Shown here one piece after another: positions 1 through 8,495 of a DNA stretch of 64,000 nt (positions are counted from its first letter, which is position 1; each line of letters opens with the position of its first letter). The notes under the pieces were generated by a model, which had not been told where the DNA came from, did not search any database, and saw nothing but the letters and a program-made list of their open reading frames with translations. The stretch is taken from assembly GCA_016792585.1 (NCBI GenBank), contig JAEULB010000159.1, forward strand, positions 47,097-111,096, given 5' to 3'. The position numbers and the translations under genes were made by a program. The DNA is from Rhodospirillaceae bacterium. GTDB taxonomy: Bacteria > Pseudomonadota > Alphaproteobacteria > SHVZ01.

Positions 1-211
1 CCAGGGCCTCGACGCGCCGGTCGAAGGCGAGACGCCGAGCCCGCTCGATCCGCCGAAGGGCTGTCCCTTCCACACCCGCTGCCCGCGCAAGGTAGGCACG
101 ATCTGCGAGGCCGCGCGTCCGCCAGAGCAGGTGACGCCCGCCGGCCATCGCATGGCCTGCCACATCCCGATGGCCGATCTCGCCCGCGTCCAGGAGAAAG
201 AGCTGACATGA
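1..211 (+). CDS. ABC transporter ATP-binding protein, C-terminal fragment (Dpp/Opp oligopeptide type); 5' end is outside the window
   Basis: The frame starting at nt 2 reads ...KGCPFHTRCPRKVGTICEAARPPEQVTPAGHRMACHIPMADLARVQEKELT*. That is the Cys/His-rich C-terminal extension typical of DppF/OppF-class ATPases. The stop overlaps the ATG at 208. Confidence 0.6.
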   Translation, partial: QGLDAPVEGETPSPLDPPKGCPFHTRCPRKVGTICEAARPPEQVTPAGHRMACHIPMADLARVQEKELT

Positions 212-1917
212 TTCAGAGCCAGATGGTCGCGACCCGCACCGAGGTCGCGGGCACGCGCGGTGTCGTCACCGGCGGGCATCCGGCCGAGGCCGCGGCCGGC
301 GTGGCAATGATCGAGGCCGGCGGCAATGCGATCGATGCCGTCGTCGCCGCCGCGTTCGTAGGATTCGTCGTCGAGCCGGCTTCGTGCGGCATCGGCGGCT
401 ACGGCCACCTCGCGGTCTGGCTCGGCAAGGAAAAGCGCTTCGTCACCTTCGACCACTATGTCCGCGCGCCGGGTGCGGCACGACCCGACATGTTCGAGAT
501 CGATCGCACCAAGCCGAACAAGTACTACGGCTTCCCCTACACGGTCGGGATGAAGGCCGAGCAGGGTCCGCTGGCGCCGGCGGTGCCGGGCGCCGTCGCG
601 GGCCTGTGCGATGCGCACCGCATGTTCGGCCGGCTGCCGCTGGCCAAGGTGCTGGAGCCGGCGATCGCCGAGGCCGAAGCCGGCATCGAGGTCACCTGGC
701 AGCTGCTGCTGCCGATCTCCGAGCGCCTCGCCGCGATCCAGGCATTGCCGGCGACCGCCGACTGGCTGCTGCGCAACAACCTGCCGCCGAAGGCCGCGGG
801 CCAGCTCGCCGGCGGCGGCGACCGTCTCGACGGCAAGGATCTCGCGAAGACGCTCCGCCGCATCGCCGAGAAGGGTGCGGCCGGCTTCTACGAAGGGCCG
901 GTCGCCGAGGCGATCGAGCGCCATGTGACCGGCCAGGGCGGCATCCTGACCGCCGCCGATCTCGCGACATACAAGACCCGCATCCTGGAAGAGAAGCCGA
1001 CCCGCTATCGCGGCCTCAACTGCAACACCTGCTACGACCAGGTGACCTACGAGGCGCTCAACATCCTCGAATGCTTCGACCTCAAGGCCCTCGGCAAGGA
1101 CAGCCTCGCCTTCCGCCATCTGATCGCCGAGGCGCTCGCCTGCGGCTTCATCGACAGCATGACGCATTACGGCGACCCGGACTTCGAGCGGGCACCGGTC
1201 GAAGGCCTCGCCAGCCCCGAGTTCGGGAAGATGCGCGCCCAGCAGCTCCGCATGGACCGCGCCCTGCCGCGTCCGGTCGCCGCCGCCGATCCCTGGCCCT
1301 ACGACAACTCGGCCGAGAGGCCGAAGAAGATCGCCAACGAGCCGGGCATCGCCAAGCTCGCCGGCACCAGCCAGATGGCCTCGGCCGATGCCGAGGGGAA
1401 CGTCTGCGCCTTGATCACCAGCCTCACCAGCGGCTTCGGATCGCTGATGATCGTTCCCGGTACCGGGGTAATCCTCAACAACTCGATGCAGAACTTCGAC
1501 CCGCGGCCCGACCAGGCGAACCGCATCAAGCCGGGCAAGATGCCGATCTTCGCCGCCCCTTCGCTGGTCGCCGAGAAGGACGGCCGCGCCGTCTTCGCCG
1601 GCTGCGGCTCGGGCGGCTACCGGATCACCACGGGCGTGCTGCACGCCTTCCTCTACGCGACCGAGTTCGGGATGGGCCCGCAGGCGGCGGTCGATGCGCC
1701 GCGGATCCACTGCCAGGGCCAGGAGACCTATGTCGACGGCCGCATTCCGCAGGAGGTGCGCGACGGTCTCGCGGCGATGGGCCACAAGGTCGTGGTCCAG
1801 ACCGAGTCCCCCGGCCTCAACGCCTTTGGCCGTGTGAACGCAATCACCGTCGCCAAGGACGGCTCGATGCGCGCCGGTTCGGGCCCGGCCTGGGCCTCCG
1901 CCGCGGCCGCGTGCTGA
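208..1917 (+). CDS. ggt: Gamma-glutamyltransferase family protein (Ntn hydrolase), paralog 1
   Basis: 569-aa ORF. The N-terminus reads TRGVVTGGHPAEAAAGVAMIEAGGNAIDAVVA. A putative autoprocessing Thr lies in TSQMASADAEGN, and a downstream PGTGVILNN box is present. There is an AGGAGA upstream of the start. Confidence 0.85.
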   Translation: MIQSQMVATRTEVAGTRGVVTGGHPAEAAAGVAMIEAGGNAIDAVVAAAFVGFVVEPASCGIGGYGHLAVWLGKEKRFVTFDHYVRAPGAARPDMFEIDRTKPNKYYGFPYTVGMKAEQGPLAPAVPGAVAGLCDAHRMFGRLPLAKVLEPAIAEAEAGIEVTWQLLLPISERLAAIQALPATADWLLRNNLPPKAAGQLAGGGDRLDGKDLAKTLRRIAEKGAAGFYEGPVAEAIERHVTGQGGILTAADLATYKTRILEEKPTRYRGLNCNTCYDQVTYEALNILECFDLKALGKDSLAFRHLIAEALACGFIDSMTHYGDPDFERAPVEGLASPEFGKMRAQQLRMDRALPRPVAAADPWPYDNSAERPKKIANEPGIAKLAGTSQMASADAEGNVCALITSLTSGFGSLMIVPGTGVILNNSMQNFDPRPDQANRIKPGKMPIFAAPSLVAEKDGRAVFAGCGSGGYRITTGVLHAFLYATEFGMGPQAAVDAPRIHCQGQETYVDGRIPQEVRDGLAAMGHKVVVQTESPGLNAFGRVNAITVAKDGSMRAGSGPAWASAAAAC

Positions 1918-1942
1918 GGTGATGAGGAGAAGTGACTTCCTA

Positions 1943-1973
1943 CCCCCACTCCCGCCGAAGGCGGGGGAGGGTT
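1943..1973. repeat. GC-rich imperfect hairpin (CTCCCGCC-GAA-GGCGGGGGAG) ending in a GGGGGAGGGTT core; a short copy of the REP-like element at 45939-46095
   Basis: It lies between the GGT1 stop (1917) and the most probable GGT2 start (1994). It shares the motif GGGGGAGGGTT with the intergenic element at 45945-45975. Confidence 0.45.
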
Positions 1974-1993
1974 CCGATGGAAGCGGGTCGGCC

Positions 1994-3667
1994 ATGAGGC
2001 CCGGCTCGGTCATCCTCGGCCGGACGCCGATCAGCGGTACCAAGGGCGCCGTCGCCTGCGGGCACCAGACAGCGGCCGATGTCGGCGTCGAGATCATCCG
2101 CCAGGGCGGCAATGCGGTGGATGCGGCGATCGCCGGCGCCTTCGCCTCCTTCGTCGTCGAGCCGCAGATGTGCGGGATCGGCGGGCATGGCCGGATGTCG
2201 GTCTATCTCGCGAAGACCGATAAGGCCGTCGGCATCGACCACTTCATCCGGGCGCCCAAGGCGGCGACGCCGGAGATGTACACGCGGGCTCTCGCCAAGT
2301 GGCGCAACGCCGGCTGGGGCGGCGTCGAGGGCGCGATCAACACCACGGGCCACCTCTCGGTCGGAATCCCCGGCACCATCGCCGGCCTCTGGGAGGCGCA
2401 TCGCCTCTTCGCCAAGCTGCCGTGGAAGTCGTTGGTCGGCCCCGCGATCGAGCTTGCCCGCGCCGGCGTCGTCGCCGATCCGAGGCTGACCGCCTCGATC
2501 GCCGGCCGGACGGTCGAGATCCGCCAGTATGCCGAGGCGGCGAAGTGGCTGCTGCCTGACGACGCGCCGCCCCGCCCGGCCAATGCCGGCGGCGCTTTCC
2601 ACCGCTTCGACTTCTCCGACATGGCCCGGACGCTGGAGACCATCGCCGAGAAAGGCGCCGCCGCCTTCTATGACGGCCGGCTCGCCGCCGCGATCGACCG
2701 TGAGATGCAGTCCGCCGGCGGCCTGCTGACGTCAGAGGACCTCGCCGGCTACAAGCCCGACACTTTCCTTCAGCCCTGGCACGACTACCGCGGACGCGAC
2801 TACGTCACCTGCGGCGACCTTATCTATGTCGAGGCCCTCAACATCCTCGAGCGCTTCGACCTGGGATCGCTCGACCCGCACGGGGCCGAGGTCCGGCACC
2901 TAGTCGCCGAGGCCCTGGCCCAGTCCTTCGCCGACAACTTCGCCCATGCCGCCGACCCGAGGCACCTGAAGGCGCCGCTCGAGGGTCTGGCCAGCAAGGC
3001 CTTCGCCGCCGAGCAGGCGGCGCTTATCCGGACCGAAAAGGCGCGCACCAAGGTCGAGCCGGGCAACCCGTGGCCGCACCAGGGACCGACGCCGTCGGTC
3101 CCGCCGCCGCCCTTCGAGGGCACGACCCAGATCGTCGCCGCCGACGGCGACGGCAACATGGCGAGCCTGATCACCAGCCTCGGCAGCGCTTTCGGCTCGC
3201 TGGTCATGATCCCTGGAACCGGGGTCTTCCTCGGCAACGCCATGCAGTGGTTCGACCCGCGCCCTGGCCAGGCCAACTCGGTCGGCCCCGGACGCATGCC
3301 CCTTTATGCCGCCCCGGTCGCGATCTTCCGCGAAGGCGGCCGATCGATCGGTGGGATCGCCGGCTCCGGCGGCTATCGCATCCTCTCGGCAATTCTAATC
3401 TTAACACTCAATTATCTTAACCATCTATTTGATCCACAACAATCTATCGACCTTCCGCGAATTCACACGGAGGGTGGCGACCTCGAGGTCGACAGCCGCA
3501 CCTCCCCGGCCGCCATCGATCGCTTGAAAGCCCTCGGCCACCGGGTCCGGCTGGTCGACGGCGTCGGCCTGCCGACCGCCTTCGGCCGCCCGTCTGCGGT
3601 GTGGCGGACGGCCGACGGCCTGGTTCCCGCCAGCGACGCGCGCTCCGGCGGCGTCGCCGCCTTCTGA
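1994..3667 (+). CDS. ggt: Gamma-glutamyltransferase family protein, paralog 2, tandem to paralog 1
   Basis: The ORF track opens at 1919, but the N-terminal alignment with paralogs 1 and 3 (GAVACGHQTAADVGVEIIRQGGNAVDAAIA) favours the Met at 1994. The catalytic Thr lies in EGTTQIVAADGDGNMASLITSL. The gene contains an anomalous AT-rich in-frame patch at 3388-3468. Confidence 0.8.
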   Translation: MRPGSVILGRTPISGTKGAVACGHQTAADVGVEIIRQGGNAVDAAIAGAFASFVVEPQMCGIGGHGRMSVYLAKTDKAVGIDHFIRAPKAATPEMYTRALAKWRNAGWGGVEGAINTTGHLSVGIPGTIAGLWEAHRLFAKLPWKSLVGPAIELARAGVVADPRLTASIAGRTVEIRQYAEAAKWLLPDDAPPRPANAGGAFHRFDFSDMARTLETIAEKGAAAFYDGRLAAAIDREMQSAGGLLTSEDLAGYKPDTFLQPWHDYRGRDYVTCGDLIYVEALNILERFDLGSLDPHGAEVRHLVAEALAQSFADNFAHAADPRHLKAPLEGLASKAFAAEQAALIRTEKARTKVEPGNPWPHQGPTPSVPPPPFEGTTQIVAADGDGNMASLITSLGSAFGSLVMIPGTGVFLGNAMQWFDPRPGQANSVGPGRMPLYAAPVAIFREGGRSIGGIAGSGGYRILSAILILTLNYLNHLFDPQQSIDLPRIHTEGGDLEVDSRTSPAAIDRLKALGHRVRLVDGVGLPTAFGRPSAVWRTADGLVPASDARSGGVAAF

Positions 3668-3744
3668 CCGATGCCGGTCGCTTTGCGGCAGGTACGGACC
3701 CTGTCCGCGACGTGAGATGATCCACCGCTTCCCAGAGGAATGAG

Positions 3745-5091
3745 ATGTCCCTTCCCGCCAAAGCCAAATACGTCGTCATCGGCGCCGGTGTTCACGGCCT
3801 ATCGACCGCCTATCACCTGGCCGAGAAGCTGGAGGCGACCGGCAAGGGCTCGGGCAAGGACATCGTGATCCTGGACAAGACCGGCATCGCCGCCGGCGCC
3901 TCGGGCATCGCCTGCGGGGTCATCCGCAACAACTACTTCCAGCCGGCGATGCGCGAGCTGATGGCCGAGTGCGTGTCGGTCTGGGAGTCGGACCCCAAAG
4001 CCTTCTCCTACCACCCCGTAGGCTACATGCAGATCTCTCCTGAAGTGATGCATGAGAATGTCGGGCAGATCGCCAAGCAGCAGAAAGATATCGGCTACGA
4101 CTCTGTTTTCATTGAGGGCAAGGCCGACTGCACCAAGTACATGAAGGGCCTGTTCGACGACTGGCAGGCCAAGGGCATCACCTCGGTCCTGCACGAGAAG
4201 AAGGGCGGCTACGCCAACAACCGGGCGTCCATGTACGGGCTCGCCAAGAAGGCTGAGGCGAACGGTGTCCAGATCGTGGCGCCGACCAAGGTCACCGGCT
4301 TCAAGTTCGCGTCCAACTCGACGGCGGTCTCGGCGGTCGAGACCGACCGCGGCACGATCGAGTGCGACTTCGTGGTGGTCGGCGTCGGCCCCTGGATCAA
4401 CCAGGTCTGGAAGATGCTTGACCTGCCCAAGACCGTCGACATCAAGGGCCGCGACGGCAAGGTCCACAAGGCCGTCGGCATGTGGACCTACTGGTGCCTG
4501 GAGGAAGGCACGCTCGGCGTCGATCCCAAGTATGGCCTCATGAACGACGGCAAGATGGGCCCGGTCATGCACGTCGACACCGACGCGCCGTTGCACTCGG
4601 ACGAGGATGGCTCCCTCATCACCGACAAGCTCTGGGGCATCTACTACAAGCCCGACTTCAACTTCGACGGCATCCAGGGCGGCGCCATGCCGTACAAGGT
4701 CGAGACCCCGGTAGATGAGGTGAAGATCGACCCTTACGGCCCTGACTCACCTGAGTTCATTGTCGACGCCAACTTCGCGCACATGTTCACCTCGGCCCTC
4801 GCCTTCTGCCAGAAGCGCTACTCGGGCCAGGCGCACAAGTGGAAGCACGAGCCGTCTGGCGGGCTGGGCTGCTTCACCCCGGACAGCTTCCCGGTCTTCG
4901 ACGTCTTCCGCGACAACGTCTATGTGCTGGCCGACTCGAACCACGGGTACAAGATGATCGCGGTCGGCAAGCTCGCAGCCGGCGAGATCGTCAGCGGCAC
5001 CAAGAGCAAGCTGCTCGAGCCCTTCCGGATCTCGCGCTTCCCCGAGGGCAAGCTGCACCCGGTCTCCAACAGCCCCTTCCCCTGGAGCTGA
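3745..5091 (+). CDS. FAD-dependent oxidoreductase of the DAO / sarcosine-oxidase-beta-like class
   Basis: The N-terminal Rossmann motif is KYVVIGAGVHGLSTAYHLAE. The RBS is AGAGGAATGAG-ATG. The protein is Lys-rich and the gene is locally lower in GC than its neighbours. Confidence 0.7.
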   Translation: MSLPAKAKYVVIGAGVHGLSTAYHLAEKLEATGKGSGKDIVILDKTGIAAGASGIACGVIRNNYFQPAMRELMAECVSVWESDPKAFSYHPVGYMQISPEVMHENVGQIAKQQKDIGYDSVFIEGKADCTKYMKGLFDDWQAKGITSVLHEKKGGYANNRASMYGLAKKAEANGVQIVAPTKVTGFKFASNSTAVSAVETDRGTIECDFVVVGVGPWINQVWKMLDLPKTVDIKGRDGKVHKAVGMWTYWCLEEGTLGVDPKYGLMNDGKMGPVMHVDTDAPLHSDEDGSLITDKLWGIYYKPDFNFDGIQGGAMPYKVETPVDEVKIDPYGPDSPEFIVDANFAHMFTSALAFCQKRYSGQAHKWKHEPSGGLGCFTPDSFPVFDVFRDNVYVLADSNHGYKMIAVGKLAAGEIVSGTKSKLLEPFRISRFPEGKLHPVSNSPFPWS

Positions 5092-5094
5092 CCC

Positions 5095-6516
5095 ATGCCC
5101 GCGCCGATGGATTTCATCCACAAGCTCAAGTTCGACGACCTTCCGGCGAAGGTGGTCGAGCAGGCCAAGCTCTGCCTCGTGGACCTCATCGGCGCGGCGG
5201 CAGCCGGCAGCGAGACCGCGATGTCGCGGATCATCCGCGACCACGCGGTCGAGACCTTCGGGGCGCGCAAGAACGCCGTCCGCCTGATGCTGGACGGCCG
5301 CAAGGTCGGCCCCGCCGGCGCCGCGATGGCCGGCGGCATCACCATCGACGCCTTCGACTCCCATGACGGCCACGTGCTGACCAAGGGCCATGCGGGCGTC
5401 GCGATCCTGCCGACCCTGCTGGCCCTGGCCGACCCGCTGAAGAAGGTCGCCGGCCGCGAATTCCTGACGAGCCTGGTGATCGGCTACGAGATCGCGATCC
5501 GCGCCGGCATCGCCACCCATCGGACGGCGAAGGACTATCACACCTCCGGGTCCTGGAACTCGCTCGGCGCCGCCGCGGTCGTGGCGCGCTGGATGAAGCT
5601 CTCCCCGGCGCTAACCCGGGAGGCCCTCGGCATCGCCGAGTATCATGGCCCCCGCAGCCAGATGATGCGCTGCATCGACTTCCCGACCATGGTGAAGGAC
5701 GGCTCCGGCTGGGGTGCCATGGCCGGCGTCAGCGCGGCACTGCTGGCGAAGGCCGGTTTCACCGGCGCTCCGGCCCTGGTCTGGGAGGGCGCCGACGTCG
5801 CCGATCTCTGGCGCGACCTCGGCAAGCGCTGGCGGATCATGGAGATGTACTTCAAGCCCTACCCGGTCTGCCGCTGGGCCCAGCCGCCGATCACCGCCAG
5901 CCTCGGCCTGCTCAAGAAGCACGGCATCAAGGGCGATGAGGTGACCCAGATCGAGGTCTCGACCTTCCACAACGCCGTCCGGCTCGCGACCCGGACGCCG
6001 AAGTCGACCGAGGAGGCGCAGTACAGCCTGCCCTTCCCGGTCGCCGCCGCGATCGTTCACGGCAAGGTCACCGCCCGCGAAGTCGACGGCAAGGGCCTGA
6101 CCGATCCCCGTGTGCTCAAGCTCGCCCGCGGCATGAAGCTGACCGAGGACCTGTCGCTGACCGCCGAGTTCCCGGCCCGCCGCATCGCCCGCGTCGCCTT
6201 GACCATCAAGGACGGCCGTGTGCTCAAGTCCGATCTCGTCGAGGCGCTCGGCGATCCGGAGCGGCCACTGGGCGCGGCCGGCATCGTCGCCAAGTACCGC
6301 GAGACAGCCGAGGCCGTGCTCGGCAAGGCCCGCACCGAGAAGATCTTGGCTCAGGCGATGGCGATGGACGGAGCGCGAGCCGATGCCCGCGCGCTGGTCG
6401 ACCTGGTGCTGGCGCCGGTGAAGGTGCAGAAGCCGGCGACGACGAAGCGCCGCGCGGCGGGCCGGCCGAAGACGCGCGCCAATGGCAGCGTCCAGGCCCT
6501 CGCCGCCGACGACTGA
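5095..6516 (+). CDS. MmgE/PrpD family protein (2-methylcitrate dehydratase-like)
   Basis: 473 aa. The N-terminus LPAKVVEQAKLCLVDLIGAAAAG is characteristic of the family. The start is 4 nt after the upstream stop, suggesting translational coupling. Confidence 0.75.
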   Translation: MPAPMDFIHKLKFDDLPAKVVEQAKLCLVDLIGAAAAGSETAMSRIIRDHAVETFGARKNAVRLMLDGRKVGPAGAAMAGGITIDAFDSHDGHVLTKGHAGVAILPTLLALADPLKKVAGREFLTSLVIGYEIAIRAGIATHRTAKDYHTSGSWNSLGAAAVVARWMKLSPALTREALGIAEYHGPRSQMMRCIDFPTMVKDGSGWGAMAGVSAALLAKAGFTGAPALVWEGADVADLWRDLGKRWRIMEMYFKPYPVCRWAQPPITASLGLLKKHGIKGDEVTQIEVSTFHNAVRLATRTPKSTEEAQYSLPFPVAAAIVHGKVTAREVDGKGLTDPRVLKLARGMKLTEDLSLTAEFPARRIARVALTIKDGRVLKSDLVEALGDPERPLGAAGIVAKYRETAEAVLGKARTEKILAQAMAMDGARADARALVDLVLAPVKVQKPATTKRRAAGRPKTRANGSVQALAADD

Positions 6517-6535
6517 TCCGCTTCGAGGCGCCCGG

Positions 6536-6691
6536 CTATTCGGCCGGCGCGCCCGCCGGAAGATTCGCCGTTCCCTGTCGCTCGATCAGTTTGTCGCGCT
6601 CGACCATCCAGCCGCGGAAGATGACCACCATCCCGAGCATCACCAGGACGGTGAAGATCATGATCATGATCGGCAGGAATACCTCATGCAT
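6536..6691 (-). CDS. Hypothetical small membrane protein of 51 aa (MHEVFLPIMIMIFTVLVMLGMVVIFRGWMVERDKLIERQGTANLPAGAPAE); absent from the ORF track because it is under 60 aa
   Basis: Hand translation of the minus strand gives an ATG at 6691-6689 and a TAG at 6538-6536. An AGGGGG Shine-Dalgarno sits 6-11 nt upstream. The product has one clear TM segment. It lies at the 3' end of the minus-strand ABC importer operon. Confidence 0.35.
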   Translation of the reverse strand: MHEVFLPIMIMIFTVLVMLGMVVIFRGWMVERDKLIERQGTANLPAGAPAE

Positions 6692-6779
6692 GTCAGCCCC
6701 CTGAAATTCTTCAGCAAAAGAAGGATTTCAGAGTTGGCCGTGGTCAGCATTGATTCAGGTCAAATTTGCGGAGAACCGC

Positions 6780-8495
6780 CTAGTTCACGTAGCGGTGCCG
6801 GGCGTGGATGCGGCGCTCGCGCGGATCGGGGCGCGGCACGGCTGAGAGCAGTGCCTTCGTGTAGCCGTGAACAGGGTCGTTGCAGACCTGCTCGGCATCG
6901 CCGGTCTCGACCACCTTGCCGCGATACATCACCGCGACCCGGTCGCAGATGTAGCGGATGACGCTGATGTCGTGGCTGACGAAGACGTAGGCGAGCTTGA
7001 GCTCGTCCTGGAGCTGCAGCATCAGGTCGAGCATCTGGGCACGGAGGGAGACGTCGAGGGCCGAGGTCGCCTCGTCCGCGACGATCAGGCGCGGGCTCAA
7101 GGCCAGCGCGCGAGCGATGCCGATGCGCTGGCGCTGGCCGCCGGAGAAGGCGTGCGGGTAGCGCTCGGCCCAGTCCGGATTGAGCCCGACGCGCTTCAAG
7201 AGTGCGGCGACCCGGTCGTGCAGCTCCGAGCCCTCGGCGATGCCGTTCACCAGCAACGGCTCGCCGATGATCTGGCCGACGGTCATGCGCGGATTGAGCG
7301 AGGCGAACGGATCCTGGAAGATCATGCGCATCTCGCGCCGGCACTCCCGCAGCCTGTCCTTCTCCAGGCTGGCCACGTCGTCGACGCTGCCGTCGGGACG
7401 GCGATAGAGGATCTGCCCGGCAGTCGGCTCGTAGACGCGAAGCAGGCAGCGGCCGAGCGTGGTCTTGCCCGAGCCGGACTCGCCGACGATACCGAGCGTC
7501 TCGCCCGCGCGCACGACGATGTCGACGTCGTCGACGGCGCGGACATGGTCGACCACCTTGCGGAAGAAACCCTTCCGGATCGGGAAGTGCATCTTGAGCC
7601 CGCGCACGTCGAGCAATGGCGGCTCCTCGGCGGAGACCGGCTCGCGCGCGGCGCGGATCTGGGAAGGCCGCTCCAGCTTCAGCACGTTGCCGAGCAGCAT
7701 CTGGGTATAGGGATCCTGGGGGGCGTGGAAGATCTGCTCGACCGGGCCGCGCTCGACCACCTTTCCCTGGTACATGACCACGACCTCGTCGGCGATCTCG
7801 GCGACGACGCCCATGTCGTGGGTGATGAACATCACCGCCATGCCGCGCTCGGCCTGGAGGCGCTTCATCAGGTCGAGGATCTCGGCCTGGGTGGTGACAT
7901 CCAGAGCCGTGGTCGGCTCGTCGGCGATCAGCACCTGCGGATTGCAGGCCAAGGCCATCGCGATCATCGCCCGCTGCCGCATGCCGCCCGAGTACTCGAA
8001 GGTGTAGCGCTCGATCGCACGCTCCGGATTCGGAATCTCGACTGCGCGCAGAAGCTCGATCGCCCGCGCCGTCGCCTCCTTCTTGCTCATGCCGAGATGG
8101 AGCGTCAGCACCTCGGTGATCTGGTTGCCGATCGTGTGCACCGGCGACAGCGACGACATCGGCTCCTGGAAGATCATCGCGATCTCGGCGCCGCGCACCG
8201 ACCGGATCTCGCGCCCGCGCGGGTTCAGGGAAGCGAGGTCGACCGATGTACCGTTCGTGCGGTTGAAGACGATCGAGCCCTTCTCCACGCGGCCGGGCGG
8301 ATCGACGATCTGCAGGATCGAGCGGGCAGTCACGCTCTTGCCCGACCCCGACTCGCCGACGACGCAGACGGTCTTGCCGCGCGAGAGGTCGAAAGAGACG
8401 CCGTCGACCGCCTTCACCACGCCGCCGCGCACGGGGAAGTGGGTGTGGAGGTCGCGGATCGAGATGATCGGCTGGCCAGGGGAAGCAGTAGTCAT
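6780..8495 (-). CDS. ABC transporter ATP-binding protein with duplicated ATPase domains (fused DppD/DppF type)
   Basis: There are two Walker A motifs (GESGSGKS and GESGSGKT) and two LSGG signature boxes ([16 protein letters not shown]). It overlaps the upstream permease stop. Confidence 0.9.
   Translation of the reverse strand: MTTASPGQPIISIRDLHTHFPVRGGVVKAVDGVSFDLSRGKTVCVVGESGSGKSVTARSILQIVDPPGRVEKGSIVFNRTNGTSVDLASLNPRGREIRSVRGAEIAMIFQEPMSSLSPVHTIGNQITEVLTLHLGMSKKEATARAIELLRAVEIPNPERAIERYTFEYSGGMRQRAMIAMALACNPQVLIADEPTTALDVTTQAEILDLMKRLQAERGMAVMFITHDMGVVAEIADEVVVMYQGKVVERGPVEQIFHAPQDPYTQMLLGNVLKLERPSQIRAAREPVSAEEPPLLDVRGLKMHFPIRKGFFRKVVDHVRAVDDVDIVVRAGETLGIVGESGSGKTTLGRCLLRVYEPTAGQILYRRPDGSVDDVASLEKDRLRECRREMRMIFQDPFASLNPRMTVGQIIGEPLLVNGIAEGSELHDRVAALLKRVGLNPDWAERYPHAFSGGQRQRIGIARALALSPRLIVADEATSALDVSLRAQMLDLMLQLQDELKLAYVFVSHDISVIRYICDRVAVMYRGKVVETGDAEQVCNDPVHGYTKALLSAVPRPDPRERRIHARHRYVN

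Noticed and set aside
384-1922. 512-aa ORF in an alternative frame overlapping GGT1, and the many similar long shadow ORFs in the track. These include 6760-8550, 6867-8915, 9961-12765, 15893-17263, 17327-18475, 18355-19866, 20158-21675, 23882-27193, 25428-27155, 27553-30432, 47455-49455, 57736-59487, 59844-61397 and 61169-63685.
   Set aside because: Their products are Arg/Pro/Ala/Gly-rich low-complexity sequences typical of out-of-frame or antisense translation of high-GC genes. Each is fully overlapped by a CDS with clear family motifs.
3458-3463. EcoRI site GAATTC inside the AT-rich patch, considered as a possible cloning scar.
   Set aside because: A single 6-bp site is expected by chance in AT-rich sequence, and no vector or adaptor sequence flanks it.
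6482-6961. 159-aa plus-strand ORF spanning the end of the MmgE/PrpD gene into the ABC ATPase gene.
   Set aside because: It overlaps two well-supported genes. Its product is low-complexity (HHPEHHQDGEDHDHD... then Arg/Gly-rich). There is no RBS.
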